Origin: Nanobdellota archaeon
GTDB lineage: Archaea; Nanobdellota; Nanobdellia; PEZQ01
Direction of reading: 5' to 3'
NCBI GenBank assembly: GCA_018220985.1
Contig: JAAOXS010000003.1
Span: 8,367-72,366, forward strand
DNA: 64,000 nucleotides
Part shown: positions 8,528-18,816 of the stretch, one piece after another
Layout: each line of letters starts with the position of its first letter
Numbering within the stretch: the first letter of the stretch is position 1
Position numbers and translations under genes: made by a program
Notes under the pieces: generated by a model
The model's input: only the letters and a program-made list of their open reading frames with translations
The model's database searches: none
Told to the model about the DNA's origin: nothing

Positions 8528-9013
8528 TTATTTTTCGTCTATTTTATAATGATTTCGTGCTTTGCCGGGGTCAATAAACCCTAATCGCGCTGCTGAGTCA
8601 AGCAGTCCGAAAACGTAACTGCATAGTTCAAAACATTCTAGTAAATCGCCTTTTTTGTAAAAGTGTTCAGCATCTTTTGCGTAACTATTTATTAGTTTCA
8701 GCAAGTCTTGCGCTTTGTTTTCTTTTGAGGTGAGTTTCAGTTCTTTCAGCGCGTATTTTACGCGTCCTAATTCTTTTTCAGCTTTGTTTTTCATTTTTGA
8801 CTCCCAGAATTCTTTCGCTGCGAGAACATGTGAGCATGTTTTGTGTTTTATAGCATTATAACGGCAATCACAATGCCAGCCTATTTTTTCTTTGTCAAAA
8901 AAAACTGAGTGAGGTTCGTTTGAGTTTACTGTAAAGTAAATTCTCTTGTCAGTATTCATGTCTAATTTGATTTTCCCGTTTTTGCATAATTCTTTTGCTT
9001 TTTCTTCTTTCAT
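8528..9013 (-). CDS. SWIM zinc finger fused to a DUF357-like domain
   Basis: WHCDC...TCSHVLA (CxC-xn-CxH) followed in frame by SYAKDAEHFYKKGDLLECFELCSYVFGLLDSAARLG. Confidence 0.7.
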   Translation of the reverse strand: MKEEKAKELCKNGKIKLDMNTDKRIYFTVNSNEPHSVFFDKEKIGWHCDCRYNAIKHKTCSHVLAAKEFWESKMKNKAEKELGRVKYALKELKLTSKENKAQDLLKLINSYAKDAEHFYKKGDLLECFELCSYVFGLLDSAARLGFIDPGKARNHYKIDEK

Positions 9014-9900
9014 TTTTTTAGTTTATTTATTATTTGGCAGGTTTTGCAGGGTTCTTGTGAGCTTGGTTCACCGCAGTTAGCACAGTTTTTTACGGGTTTT
9101 ATTTGTTTCTGTGCAAGTTTTGGAATTATTTTACTGTCGTAAAAATTGATTATGTTCTTTTTTGTTTGAGGGTGTTTTGCTTCGTAATCATCAAGTAAGT
9201 CTCTCATTCTGCCTCTAAAAGAGTCTATCGCGTATTTACAGTTGCACGTGAACAAGTTCCATTCTTTTAGTTGTTCGTTAATCATTGTTTCTTTTTCGTA
9301 AACGTCTCGTAATGGTTTTATTCTTTGCACGAATCCTTTGTGAGTTACAATTCCTGTTGAGTACCCTAATCGTGCTTGTCTTCTTAAATCTCCCATAACA
9401 ACATTCATTAGTATTGATTGCGCTTCATCGTCAAGGTTGTGTCCTGTTGCGAGTTTTGTGAATCCTTCTTCACGCGCTGTTTTATTTATTAAGTATCTTC
9501 TTACAACTCCGCAAACGTAGCATGGTGAGTGGTCTGTTTTTTTTACCATTTGGTCAAGTGTTTTTCCAAATTCTTGTTTGAAACTAACAATTTTTAGTGG
9601 TATGTCCCATAGCGCGCAGTATTTTTTCACTATTTTTAGTGATGGTGAGCTCACTCCACAAATTCCTTGATCCACATGGAGCGCTGTTGTTTGAGCGTGA
9701 TAATGTTGACTCATTAAGTATAGCACAAGCATTGAGTCTTTTCCCCCTGAACAAGCGACTAATATTTTATCGCTTTGTCGGATTAGTTTGTTGTTTTTTA
9801 TTGCACGTAAGAATTTTCCTTTAATGGTTCTGTAAAATTCTTCTTTAGATATTGAAGGATCTAGTTTTACTGTGAGTTTTGGGTTTCTTCTGCAAGTCAT
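9010..9900 (-). CDS. ttuA: tRNA 2-thiolation protein TtuA/Ncs6 family
   Basis: ACSGGKDS PP-loop, SPCYVCGVVRR, ATGHNLDDEAQ, RIKPL, C-terminal CANCGEPSSQEPCKTC. Confidence 0.9.
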   Translation of the reverse strand: MTCRRNPKLTVKLDPSISKEEFYRTIKGKFLRAIKNNKLIRQSDKILVACSGGKDSMLVLYLMSQHYHAQTTALHVDQGICGVSSPSLKIVKKYCALWDIPLKIVSFKQEFGKTLDQMVKKTDHSPCYVCGVVRRYLINKTAREEGFTKLATGHNLDDEAQSILMNVVMGDLRRQARLGYSTGIVTHKGFVQRIKPLRDVYEKETMINEQLKEWNLFTCNCKYAIDSFRGRMRDLLDDYEAKHPQTKKNIINFYDSKIIPKLAQKQIKPVKNCANCGEPSSQEPCKTCQIINKLKK

Positions 9901-10006
9901 TATTATTTTTTATTAGTGTTTTGTATGTTTTAAAAATTGGGGAGTTTACATCTTGTTTCTGTAATAAAAACATTTAATACTTGTATTAGTAGTTATAATC
10001 TTTGTT

Positions 10007-10675
10007 ATGATTGATTTTTCATCAATTGAAGTTATTGCACCTTTAATGAATATGGTTAATTGGTTAGTTGATTCTTTAGCAACAGCAGTTCCATTGTTGT
10101 TATCAGGTGCTATTATCATAATCATTGGTTGGGTTCTTTCAAAAATTGTTGAAAAAATTGTGCGTAAGTCTTTACACGAATTTGAATTTAGTAAATGGGA
10201 AAAAAAGAATGATATTGATAATGCGTTATATGGCGTTAAATTATCTGATGTAATAATTTTTTCATTGAAGTGGTATGTTGTTTTATTATTTTTGAACGAG
10301 GCTGCTACTGAGGTTAATTTGCCTTTTGTAGCGTCAATTATTCAATTAATTCTTCTTCTCGTACCTAATTGGTTTTTAGGAACGTTGTTCTTAGGTATTG
10401 CACTTATTTTCGGTCATAAAGTGAGTTCCCGTGTTGAGAAATCAAGATTGTTGTTTGGTAAGATTGGGGCGAGGATAATTTATTTAGTTACCTTATATTT
10501 TGCATTGGTAATGGCTCTTCCAAAGTTTGGTTTTGAGAACACCGAAATTCTTGTGGATACTTTCAGGCTTCTTGTTGCGGGCGTGTCATTAGGTGGCGCT
10601 ATTGCTATTGGTATCGGTTTTGGAGCTGCTATGAAAGAGCCTGCAAAAAGCGTTATTAAAGACTTGTTTAAGTAA
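10007..10675 (+). CDS. Membrane protein with MscS-associated conserved TM-helix repeats
   Basis: VPLLLSGAIIIIIGWVLSK and VPNWFLGTLFLGIALIFG repeats, C-terminal GGAIAIGIGFG. Confidence 0.65.
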   Translation: MIDFSSIEVIAPLMNMVNWLVDSLATAVPLLLSGAIIIIIGWVLSKIVEKIVRKSLHEFEFSKWEKKNDIDNALYGVKLSDVIIFSLKWYVVLLFLNEAATEVNLPFVASIIQLILLLVPNWFLGTLFLGIALIFGHKVSSRVEKSRLLFGKIGARIIYLVTLYFALVMALPKFGFENTEILVDTFRLLVAGVSLGGAIAIGIGFGAAMKEPAKSVIKDLFK

Positions 10676-10686
10676 TAATTATATAT

Positions 10687-11703
10687 TTAGAAGTTAAGTA
10701 GTGATGTTTGGCTTTTCTTTTTTTTATCATCAAATAGTTTGGTTATTGTGCTATCAATTCTTTTTTCTGAAAAATCATGTTCGTCAACAAGGATTTGTTT
10801 TACTTTTTCATTGTTGAATTCTTTAAAATTGATTTTATAGTTTTCATTAACTTCTGGTTTTTTAAAGAATTCGTAAATCATTTTCAAGTTTCTTTCATCC
10901 CAATTTAATGAGTTAATCACGTTTTCAATTGTTTTTTCTTGTTTTACAATTTTCAGTGCGCGTACGGGTCCAATTCCTTTTACGCCTTCTGTGTAGTCAG
11001 TTCCAACTAGCATGGATAAAATTATTAGTTGATTTCTATCTATTCCTAAAGTGTTTAATACTTCTTTTAGTTCAGCAATTTCTGGTTGCACGTTTATGTA
11101 AACATTTTTCCCAGGTAGTTTTCTTTTTCCTGAAAAATTTATGTTTCTAACTAATTTGTAAGCGCCAAAAAGTAGTGCGTCATAATCTTGGCTTGCTACT
11201 GCGTAACATTCTTCCTTTGAAACCAGTAGCGCTGCTTGCGCTTCACCTTCTGAAGGTGCTTGAATTACAGGTATGCCCATTGCTTCAATTAGCGTTTTAG
11301 ATTCTTCTGCCATTTCTTTTGTTAAGTAAACTGATTGAGCGGCTTTTAGTCTCGCAGTTTCATAGTCTTTCTCTTCAAGTGCTTGTTCATATTCTTTTTT
11401 TGCTTGTTCTTTTCGTTCTTTTCTGATTTCAAGTTCTTGTTTTTTGAAAAATGGGGGTTTTCCATCAAATACATATACGGGTTTTACGCCTTGCATGATT
11501 AAGTTTGCATTTCTGTAAAAAAGGCCTGATAAGTGTGATGTTGTTCTACCTTTAGAATCTTTTAATGGCGTGCCATCATATTGGCGTGTTGTTGTCAAAA
11601 ATTGGTAAATAGTATTGTAAGCGTCAACTGCGAGTTTTTTTTCTTTTAAGTCTTCAACTCTTGTTTTTTTGAATTCTATTATTCTTTTGAGCTTCACGCC
11701 CAT
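10687..11703 (-). CDS. fen: Flap endonuclease 1
   Basis: MGVKL, AVDAYNTIYQFL, TTSHLSGLFYR, VFDGKPP, APSEGEAQAA, SQDYDALLFG, GTDY..GVKGIGP, PIP box QTSLLNF. Confidence 0.97.
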   Translation of the reverse strand: MGVKLKRIIEFKKTRVEDLKEKKLAVDAYNTIYQFLTTTRQYDGTPLKDSKGRTTSHLSGLFYRNANLIMQGVKPVYVFDGKPPFFKKQELEIRKERKEQAKKEYEQALEEKDYETARLKAAQSVYLTKEMAEESKTLIEAMGIPVIQAPSEGEAQAALLVSKEECYAVASQDYDALLFGAYKLVRNINFSGKRKLPGKNVYINVQPEIAELKEVLNTLGIDRNQLIILSMLVGTDYTEGVKGIGPVRALKIVKQEKTIENVINSLNWDERNLKMIYEFFKKPEVNENYKINFKEFNNEKVKQILVDEHDFSEKRIDSTITKLFDDKKKKSQTSLLNF

Positions 11704-11749
11704 AAAAAATACAAACACATTTATTTTATTAAATTATTTGTATTCTTTA

Positions 11750-12589
11750 ATGGTTGTTGAATCAATTATTAATGTTACAAAAGCTCGTAAAAAACCTATT
11801 CTAACAGTTGGTTTAGGTTTTGCAGCAACTCTTATTTCAACATGGCTTGCTGTTTGGGTTTTTCCTTCAGGAACATCTTTAGCAGTTGTTTTTCTCACTA
11901 CTATGGCAACATTGCCTTTAATAATTAGGTTATTAGAGTCTGAGGAAAAGAAAGAGGAGAGGGAGCTTAAGAAAAGAAAGCGTCATTTGTTCATTAAAGA
12001 CCATAAAGAAGTTTTTATGGTGTATCTTTATCTGTTTATTGGGTTAATGTTGGGTTTCACGTTTCTTTTCATTTTCATTCCTTCTAACATTGCTGAAGGC
12101 GTTTTTCAAGAGCAAGTATTAACAATTAACGCTATTCGTGGTGGAACTGGCAGTTTTGTTCAGGATACGAATATTTTCATATTAATCTTGTCAAATAATC
12201 TTAAAGTCTTGTTTTTTTGTTTGTTGTTTTCTTTTATTTATGGTTCTGGTGCTATTTTTATTTTAACTTGGAATGCAAGTGTTATTAGTGTTGCCATTGG
12301 TGATTTGATAAGAACTGGTATTGCGAATGCTTCGCATATTGAGTATTTTAAAATAATTCCGTTAAGTTTTGGCAGGTATTTGTTTCATGGTTTGCCTGAA
12401 ATTGCAGCTTATTTCTTAGCAGGTATTGCTGGTGGAATTATTTCTACTGCGATTATTAGAAAACAGTTTAATAAAAAATATTTTTCAAAAATCGTTGTTG
12501 ATTCTCTTGATTTGATTGTTCTTGCAATTATATTATTGTTTTTAGCTGGTTTGCTTGAAATATCTATTAGTCCATTAATCAAGTTTTAG
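11750..12589 (+). CDS. SpoIIM-family (DUF95) membrane protein
   Basis: ILSNNLKV, ILTWNASVI, LFHGLPEIAAYFLAG, LAGLLEISISP; multi-TM. Confidence 0.8.
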   Translation: MVVESIINVTKARKKPILTVGLGFAATLISTWLAVWVFPSGTSLAVVFLTTMATLPLIIRLLESEEKKEERELKKRKRHLFIKDHKEVFMVYLYLFIGLMLGFTFLFIFIPSNIAEGVFQEQVLTINAIRGGTGSFVQDTNIFILILSNNLKVLFFCLLFSFIYGSGAIFILTWNASVISVAIGDLIRTGIANASHIEYFKIIPLSFGRYLFHGLPEIAAYFLAGIAGGIISTAIIRKQFNKKYFSKIVVDSLDLIVLAIILLFLAGLLEISISPLIKF

Positions 12590-12638
12590 TAAATAGAAAA
12601 CCTTTTAATTTTTGTCGCGTTTGTTGTTTAAGTCAGTA

Positions 12639-15251
12639 ATGAAAATTAGATTAGGGGATAAAACAGTTTTTTCATTGAATAAAAGTGCTAAAAAAGATGT
12701 TGTGAATAAATTGGATTCTGAAAAAATTGATGTTGTTAAATTTTTTAAAAAGAATTCTTATTTGTTAACTATTCTTGCCATTTTATTGATTGCATCTTTA
12801 TCTTTTCATGTTAGAACGCAGAATATTCCAAATTTAGGTGATAAAGTTTTAGCGCTTGATCCTTGGGTGTTTTATAGATATGCTTTAAGCGTTGTTGAAA
12901 CAGGCACTGTTCCCGAAATTGATTATATGAGGAATTTTCCAATTGGTTATAGAACTGATAAGGATTCCATGATTTTACCTTTCACAATGGCTTACGCGTA
13001 TAATTTTTTAAGTAGTTTAAATCCTGAAATAACTTTGGTTCAAGTAGTGCAGTTTTATCCTCCAACTGCCACGTTTTTGTCTATAATCATGTTTTTCTTA
13101 TTTGTTTCTCAAATTTTTAATAAAAAAGTAGGTTTACTAGCTGCTTTAACTCTTGCTCTTGCTCCAGGTTTTCTTTTTAGAACGGTTGCAGGTTTTTCTG
13201 ATAAAGAAGCGTTAGCAATGTTTTTCATATTTTCAGCACTTTATTTTTATGCTTTGTCAAATAATACTAAAAATAAGAGGAAAACAGTTTTTTCAGGTTT
13301 TTTAGCAGGTATTTTTACTGGTTTAGCGGGGATGACATGGGGCGGATTTGTTTTTCCAGTTTATGGTATTGCAAGTTTTATGTTATTACAAGTTGCGATT
13401 AATAATGTTAAATCAAAAAGTTTGATAACTAACTTTTTTTGGCTGATTGGTTTTGTTATATCTGATTTTTTTACAAATAGATATTCTTTAATTAATATTC
13501 TTGCATTTCAACTAAGCGTTTTCGGGTTTTTATCAATATTAATTCGTTTGTATGTATATCCTTTAATTAATAAAAAATTCAAGGATGTTGATAAAATTCC
13601 AGCAGGAATCGTTTCTATTATTCTTGCAATATTAATTGGTTTTACAGGTTTCATAATTGTTTTTTCACCTGAAAAAGCGTTTAGCACAGTAAGTAAAGTA
13701 TCTATTTACTTAACAGATCCTTTAGGTGGCGGTGGCGCTATGGGGCAATCAGTTTCAGAAAATCAGCAACCATTTTTTGATCCTGATTGGAAGGGTAGAA
13801 TTGGTTTACATTATTTCATAATTTTTTCATTAGGTGCTGTTTTATTATTTCATAAAACTGTTAGAAAAGTTTACAAAAATGATATTGAGCCTTTTTTAAA
13901 ATTAACTTTGCCGTATATTTTATTTTTTTTAATTCTTGTTTTTAGCAAGTATAAGCTAGGTGATTCTTTAACAAATGCTTTAGAGCCATTATATCAGCCA
14001 TCATACATTTTTTTTATGGGGTGGGTTACATTAATTTTCTTGGTTGAGTGGCATAAAGGAAAAGAGTTTGAAAAAATGAAAAAGTCAAATTTGTTTATTT
14101 TAATTTTATTCATGATTTTAGTAATTGCGGCAAGAGGTGCTGTTAGACTTATTTTCCCATTTATACCTTTAGCAATAATTATGGGTAGTTATTTGTTTAT
14201 TGAATTGTATGAAATGGCTAAGAATAATTTGAAAGATAAATTTTACAAATACATTGCTTACACCCTTGTTGGCGGTGTGGCTTTTATTTTAATCATAAAT
14301 CCTGTTAATTTAAAATTTGGCGATTTTAGTGTTTCAAGTTATTATAATCAAATTTATGCTATGTCTCCAAATTTTGGTCCAAGCGTTTTTGGTGATTGGG
14401 ATGAAGGATTTAATTGGATTAAAGAAAACACGCCAGAAGATTCTGTTTTTGTTCATTGGTGGGATTATGGTTATTGGATTCAGAGCGTTGCGAATAGAAC
14501 AACTGTTACTGATGGTGGTAATGCTCGAGCTGATTGGAATTATTTGATGGGTAGGCATCTTTTTGGGGGGTCAAGTCTTTCAGAAGTTTATGATGTTTTA
14601 CGAGAGTTAAGCAGTCCTAATTATTTTTATGTAGTAAGTGATGATGTTGGTAAATTTTATCAAATGGAAAGAATAGGTGATAGGAACACGTATTATAATC
14701 TTATGATGGTTGAGAAAACAGATGTTAATACTTTGCAAGGAGTTAATAATTCAGAGTATCCTAACATAATTATTTACACACCTTCAAGTGGTGCTGTTGT
14801 TGTTAAAGAGGATTTTACTGTTAATGGTAAGTTATTTGCTAAAGGTGAGACGTATGTTGTAAATGTTTTCGTTCCTTATTCTGAAAGTAAAGGTATATCA
14901 ACTCCTCTTGCTGGAGTTTATAATACAATGTATGGGCAAGCATTATTGCCTCTTAATGGTTTTTGTGAGGAAGGTAGAGGTTGTTTTGAAGTTGAGAATA
15001 ATGGTGTTCCTGCTTATTTTTACATGGTTCAAAATGGCGCTATATGGGTTCCTGAGAAAGCAAATCAAATGTTTATGACTCAGCAATATTTATTAAATAG
15101 GGATATTCCTGGTTTTGAATTGGTTTGGGAAAGTTCTGCGCCATTAAATAATATGGTTACTATTGCTGGTGGAAGGCAAAATATAAGGGTTTATGAAATT
15201 AATTACACTAACATGAAAAGCGCTATTGATGAGGGTTATTCTTGGTCATGA
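12639..15251 (+). CDS. aglB: Oligosaccharyltransferase AglB (STT3 family)
   Basis: LDPWVFYR, RTVAGFSDKE, SVSENQ, WWDYGYWI, TVTDGGN; many N-terminal TMs. Confidence 0.95.
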   Translation: MKIRLGDKTVFSLNKSAKKDVVNKLDSEKIDVVKFFKKNSYLLTILAILLIASLSFHVRTQNIPNLGDKVLALDPWVFYRYALSVVETGTVPEIDYMRNFPIGYRTDKDSMILPFTMAYAYNFLSSLNPEITLVQVVQFYPPTATFLSIIMFFLFVSQIFNKKVGLLAALTLALAPGFLFRTVAGFSDKEALAMFFIFSALYFYALSNNTKNKRKTVFSGFLAGIFTGLAGMTWGGFVFPVYGIASFMLLQVAINNVKSKSLITNFFWLIGFVISDFFTNRYSLINILAFQLSVFGFLSILIRLYVYPLINKKFKDVDKIPAGIVSIILAILIGFTGFIIVFSPEKAFSTVSKVSIYLTDPLGGGGAMGQSVSENQQPFFDPDWKGRIGLHYFIIFSLGAVLLFHKTVRKVYKNDIEPFLKLTLPYILFFLILVFSKYKLGDSLTNALEPLYQPSYIFFMGWVTLIFLVEWHKGKEFEKMKKSNLFILILFMILVIAARGAVRLIFPFIPLAIIMGSYLFIELYEMAKNNLKDKFYKYIAYTLVGGVAFILIINPVNLKFGDFSVSSYYNQIYAMSPNFGPSVFGDWDEGFNWIKENTPEDSVFVHWWDYGYWIQSVANRTTVTDGGNARADWNYLMGRHLFGGSSLSEVYDVLRELSSPNYFYVVSDDVGKFYQMERIGDRNTYYNLMMVEKTDVNTLQGVNNSEYPNIIIYTPSSGAVVVKEDFTVNGKLFAKGETYVVNVFVPYSESKGISTPLAGVYNTMYGQALLPLNGFCEEGRGCFEVENNGVPAYFYMVQNGAIWVPEKANQMFMTQQYLLNRDIPGFELVWESSAPLNNMVTIAGGRQNIRVYEINYTNMKSAIDEGYSWS

Positions 15252-16216
15252 TTTTGGAAGTGTTGTTTCTTTCGGTTTTTTCTTTTATTCTTGGTTATTT
15301 AATTCTCCCTAAATTAATTAAAAGTCTTGTGAAGAATGGTCTGTTTGGTAGGGATATTCATAAATTAAACAAACCGAAAGTAGCTGAGCCAGGGGGTATT
15401 GCTTTAATTTTTTCATTTATTTTCACTATTTTTATGTATATGGCGTTATTAACTTATTTTGGTGAAGGCGTTAATAATTCTTTATTTGCGGGTATTTTAA
15501 CAGTTATGATTGCTGGAATAATTGGTTTAGTGGATGATTTTCTTAATATTAAGTGGCGAACAAAGATGATTTTGGCTTTTTTTCCTGCTTTGCCGTTAAT
15601 TGTTTTAAAAGCGGGTGTTAGTGGTATGATTATTCCATTAGTTGGTTTTGTTGATTTCGGTTTTTTTTATAGTCTTGTGTTAATTCCTTTAATGGTTAAT
15701 TTCGCAATTAATGAGTTTAACATGGTTGCGGGTTATAATGGTCTTGAATCTGGATTGGCTATTGTTTCTATGGTTACAATCATTATTGCTTCTTTTTTAA
15801 CAAACAATGTTGTTGTTGCAGTTCTTGTTGCAAGTATGCTTGGCGGTACTGTTGCATTTTTCTTATTTAACAAGTTTCCTGCTAAAATTTTTCCAGGTGA
15901 TACAGGTACTTTTTTGTGGGGTTCTCTTTTAATCACTGCTTTAATCATTGGTAACATGGAAAAACTTGCTTTAGGCATTTTCTTTTTATACTTTATTGAC
16001 TTTGTAGGTTTTCTTTTTTGTTTAAAAAATGGTTGTAGAGTTAAGTTTGCTAAAATTGATTCACAGGAAAGGCTTCACCCAAGTTGCGGTCATAGAATTT
16101 ATTTTGCGTTGCCATACTTTTTTCCAAACTTGAATTTAAAAGAAAAGAATATCACAAAAATATTTGTTAGTTTTCAAGTTTTAATTTGCATTATTAGTCT
16201 TATTGTTTTCATCTAA
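15248..16216 (+). CDS. aglH: UDP-GlcNAc:polyprenyl-phosphate GlcNAc-1-P transferase (AglH/GPT, MraY-like)
   Basis: GRDIHK..KPKVAEPGG, IGLVDD, NEFNMVAGYNGLE, FNKFPAKIFPGDTGT; ATGA overlap with aglB. Confidence 0.88.
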   Translation: MILEVLFLSVFSFILGYLILPKLIKSLVKNGLFGRDIHKLNKPKVAEPGGIALIFSFIFTIFMYMALLTYFGEGVNNSLFAGILTVMIAGIIGLVDDFLNIKWRTKMILAFFPALPLIVLKAGVSGMIIPLVGFVDFGFFYSLVLIPLMVNFAINEFNMVAGYNGLESGLAIVSMVTIIIASFLTNNVVVAVLVASMLGGTVAFFLFNKFPAKIFPGDTGTFLWGSLLITALIIGNMEKLALGIFFLYFIDFVGFLFCLKNGCRVKFAKIDSQERLHPSCGHRIYFALPYFFPNLNLKEKNITKIFVSFQVLICIISLIVFI

Positions 16217-17200
16217 GGATATTCTTTTTTTCTGTTTTATTGATTCAACAGCGGCTAATGCAATTTTCAGGGCATTAATTCCATCGTCACCATTAACAAA
16301 TGGTTCTTTATCATTGATTATTGAATCATAAAAATCAAGTATTTCAAGCTTTAATGGTTCCACATGTTTTAATCGTATTATTTGTTCTTCAGATTTATAA
16401 TCCAAAAATTGGGAGTATGTTTTAGGTGTTTCTTTTGGCAATAATGTGTAAGATGTTATTTCTTGCGATATGTAGTCAGCTTCCAAGTACCCTTTTGTGC
16501 AATTAATTGAAATTTTACGTTTTTTTACGGGTGTCAGCCAATTAGTTTGTATTATTCCAATTCTATTATGGTCATAGTTTAATAATAGTTGAGCTGCTTC
16601 TTCTCTTCCATCTTCCCCAATTATTGCTTCTGAAAAAACGTGTTTGACATTATTATTGAATAAGTATCCAATAATATCTATTTCATGAACTGCTAAGTCA
16701 AGTAGCACATTAATATCAGTTATTTGTTTTGGGAATACTCCAACTCGTGTTGATGAAATTATTATTGGTTTTCCAAACATTCCTGTTTCAATTAATTTTT
16801 TTACTTTATCAATAACGGGGTTAAATCGTTCTATGTGTCCAACCATTAGTTTTACTTTTTTTTCTTTTGATACGTTTATTATTTCTTCAGCATCGGATAG
16901 TGTTAACGCGATTGGTTTTTCAATTAGAACGTTAATGCCCTTATTCATGCATTTAATAGCTATTGTTTTATGAAATGATGATGGAACTGCAATACTTACT
17001 GCGTCAAGTTTCTCTTTATTAATCATTGTTTCATAATCTTGATAGTAATTACAATTGTATTCTTCGCTTATCTTCAATGCTTGCTCTCTGTTAATATCAG
17101 CAATGACCACTAGTTCTGTTTCTTCAAGTTCTGAGTAAACACGTGTGTGGTGTCTTCCCATGTTTCCAACTCCAATAACTCCAACTTTTATTTTTTTCAT
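16181..17200 (-). CDS. Gfo/Idh/MocA oxidoreductase (WbpB/WlbA-like UDP-sugar 3-dehydrogenase)
   Basis: VIGVGNMGRHH, VLIEKPIA, VGHIERFNP, DLAVHEID; context. Confidence 0.85.
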   Translation of the reverse strand: MKKIKVGVIGVGNMGRHHTRVYSELEETELVVIADINREQALKISEEYNCNYYQDYETMINKEKLDAVSIAVPSSFHKTIAIKCMNKGINVLIEKPIALTLSDAEEIINVSKEKKVKLMVGHIERFNPVIDKVKKLIETGMFGKPIIISSTRVGVFPKQITDINVLLDLAVHEIDIIGYLFNNNVKHVFSEAIIGEDGREEAAQLLLNYDHNRIGIIQTNWLTPVKKRKISINCTKGYLEADYISQEITSYTLLPKETPKTYSQFLDYKSEEQIIRLKHVEPLKLEILDFYDSIINDKEPFVNGDDGINALKIALAAVESIKQKKRISLDENNKTNNAN

Positions 17201-17203
17201 TTT

Positions 17204-18265
17204 TCAAAATTTGTTAATTGTTTTTATTATGTAATCAACTTCTTCTTCTGTTAAGTGTTGATGAATTGGTAATGACAATACTTGTTTTGATATTTGTTCT
17301 GCGTTGAAAAGGTTATCTATATAGCCTATTTTCTTGTAGGATTTTTGTTTATGAACAGGTATGGGGTAGTGTATTGCTGTTCCAATTCCATTTTCCATTA
17401 AGTGTTTCTGAAGTGCTTCACGATTATCAGTTTTTATAACGTATTGATGATAAACATGTTTTATTTCATTAATTTGTTTTGGCGTGTTTATTTTTAGTTG
17501 GGAATTCATTTTTTCAGCGTTCAATATTCGTTTAGAATTATTATTGTCTAATTCTTCAAGTTCACGTAATCCAATTGATGATAGTATGTCATTCATTCTG
17601 TAATTGTATCCTATTTGCGTATGTTCGTATTTTCTTGTTTGACCGTGGTTTCTGTAAAGTTTTATTCTTTTTGCAAGAGTGTCTGAGTTTGTTGTTATCA
17701 TCCCACCTTCACCTGTTGTCATGTTTTTCGTTGCGTAAAAACTAAAACAACCTAAATCGCTTAGGCTTCCAGTTTTTTGTTTGTAATATTCTGCTCCATG
17801 CGCTTGAGCTGAGTCTTCTATTAAGTATAAGTCATGGTCTTCGCAAATTTCTTTGAATTCTTTCATTTCACAAGGTTGTCCGAATAAGTGTACGGGCATT
17901 ATTGCTTTTGTTTTGTTCGTTATTTTTTCAACTATTTTTTGAGGGTCTAAATTAAAAGTTTCAGGATTAATATCAGCAAATACTGGTTTAAGGTTGTTGT
18001 AAATTATTGAGTTTGCACTTGCTATAAAAGTAAAGGGTGTTGTTATAATTTCTCCATTTGATATTCTTAAAGATTTTATTGCTAATTGAAGGGCCATTGT
18101 TCCATTTAGAGTGGTTATTGCGTGTTTTACGCCAATGTATTTTGCGAATTCTTGTTCGAATTGTTGTGTTTTTTTTCCTTCAGCTATCATTCCTGCTTGT
18201 AAGGTTTGCGCAACTTCATTAACACTATTTTCAGATAATTTTACGCGTATTATGGGTATTTGCAT
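17204..18265 (-). CDS. DegT/DnrJ/EryC1 sugar aminotransferase (WbpE-like)
   Basis: PVHLFGQP, IEDSAQAHGA, FSFYATKNMTTGEGGM, GYNYRM, LSLPIH. Confidence 0.92.
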   Translation of the reverse strand: MQIPIIRVKLSENSVNEVAQTLQAGMIAEGKKTQQFEQEFAKYIGVKHAITTLNGTMALQLAIKSLRISNGEIITTPFTFIASANSIIYNNLKPVFADINPETFNLDPQKIVEKITNKTKAIMPVHLFGQPCEMKEFKEICEDHDLYLIEDSAQAHGAEYYKQKTGSLSDLGCFSFYATKNMTTGEGGMITTNSDTLAKRIKLYRNHGQTRKYEHTQIGYNYRMNDILSSIGLRELEELDNNNSKRILNAEKMNSQLKINTPKQINEIKHVYHQYVIKTDNREALQKHLMENGIGTAIHYPIPVHKQKSYKKIGYIDNLFNAEQISKQVLSLPIHQHLTEEEVDYIIKTINKF

Positions 18266-18298
18266 ATTGTTTTTTGATAAATGTTCATTACTTAAACA

Positions 18299-18781
18299 TT
18301 ATGAATGTGTAATTGTTGGATTCTCTAATTGTCTAATAATCTTTGCAGGATTGCCTGCAATTATCACATTTGGAGGTACGTCTTTTGTCACTACTGAGCC
18401 TGCTCCAACAATTGAGTTTTCACCAATTGTCACTGGCAAAATTGTCGCGTTCGTTCCTATGCTTGCTCCTTTTTTGATTAGTGTTTTTTTCCATTTTGAG
18501 CGGTCTGATTGAGGTGGTTGAGTGTCGTTTATGAACATTACGCCATGGCCTATGAAAATATCATTTTCTATTGTTACCATATCACAAATGAATGAGTGTG
18601 ATTGAATGCTGCAATTGTTTCCTATTTTTACTCCTCCTGTTATTTCAACAAATGCTCCTATCATGCAGTTTGAGCCAATTTCGCAATCGTATAAGTTTAC
18701 GAAATTCCATATTTTCGTATTTTCACCGATTTTGCAGTTTCTTATTATTTGTAATTCTTCGTGTATTAGTTTTTCATTCAT
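18299..18781 (-). CDS. Hexapeptide-repeat N-acetyltransferase (WbpD-like)
   Basis: Left-handed beta-helix repeats, FIGHGVMFIND, VGAGSVVTKDVP, AGNPAK. Confidence 0.9.
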   Translation of the reverse strand: MNEKLIHEELQIIRNCKIGENTKIWNFVNLYDCEIGSNCMIGAFVEITGGVKIGNNCSIQSHSFICDMVTIENDIFIGHGVMFINDTQPPQSDRSKWKKTLIKKGASIGTNATILPVTIGENSIVGAGSVVTKDVPPNVIIAGNPAKIIRQLENPTITHS

Positions 18782-18816
18782 TTTGAATCAATTTATTTTA
18801 GAGAAGTGTTTAGTTT

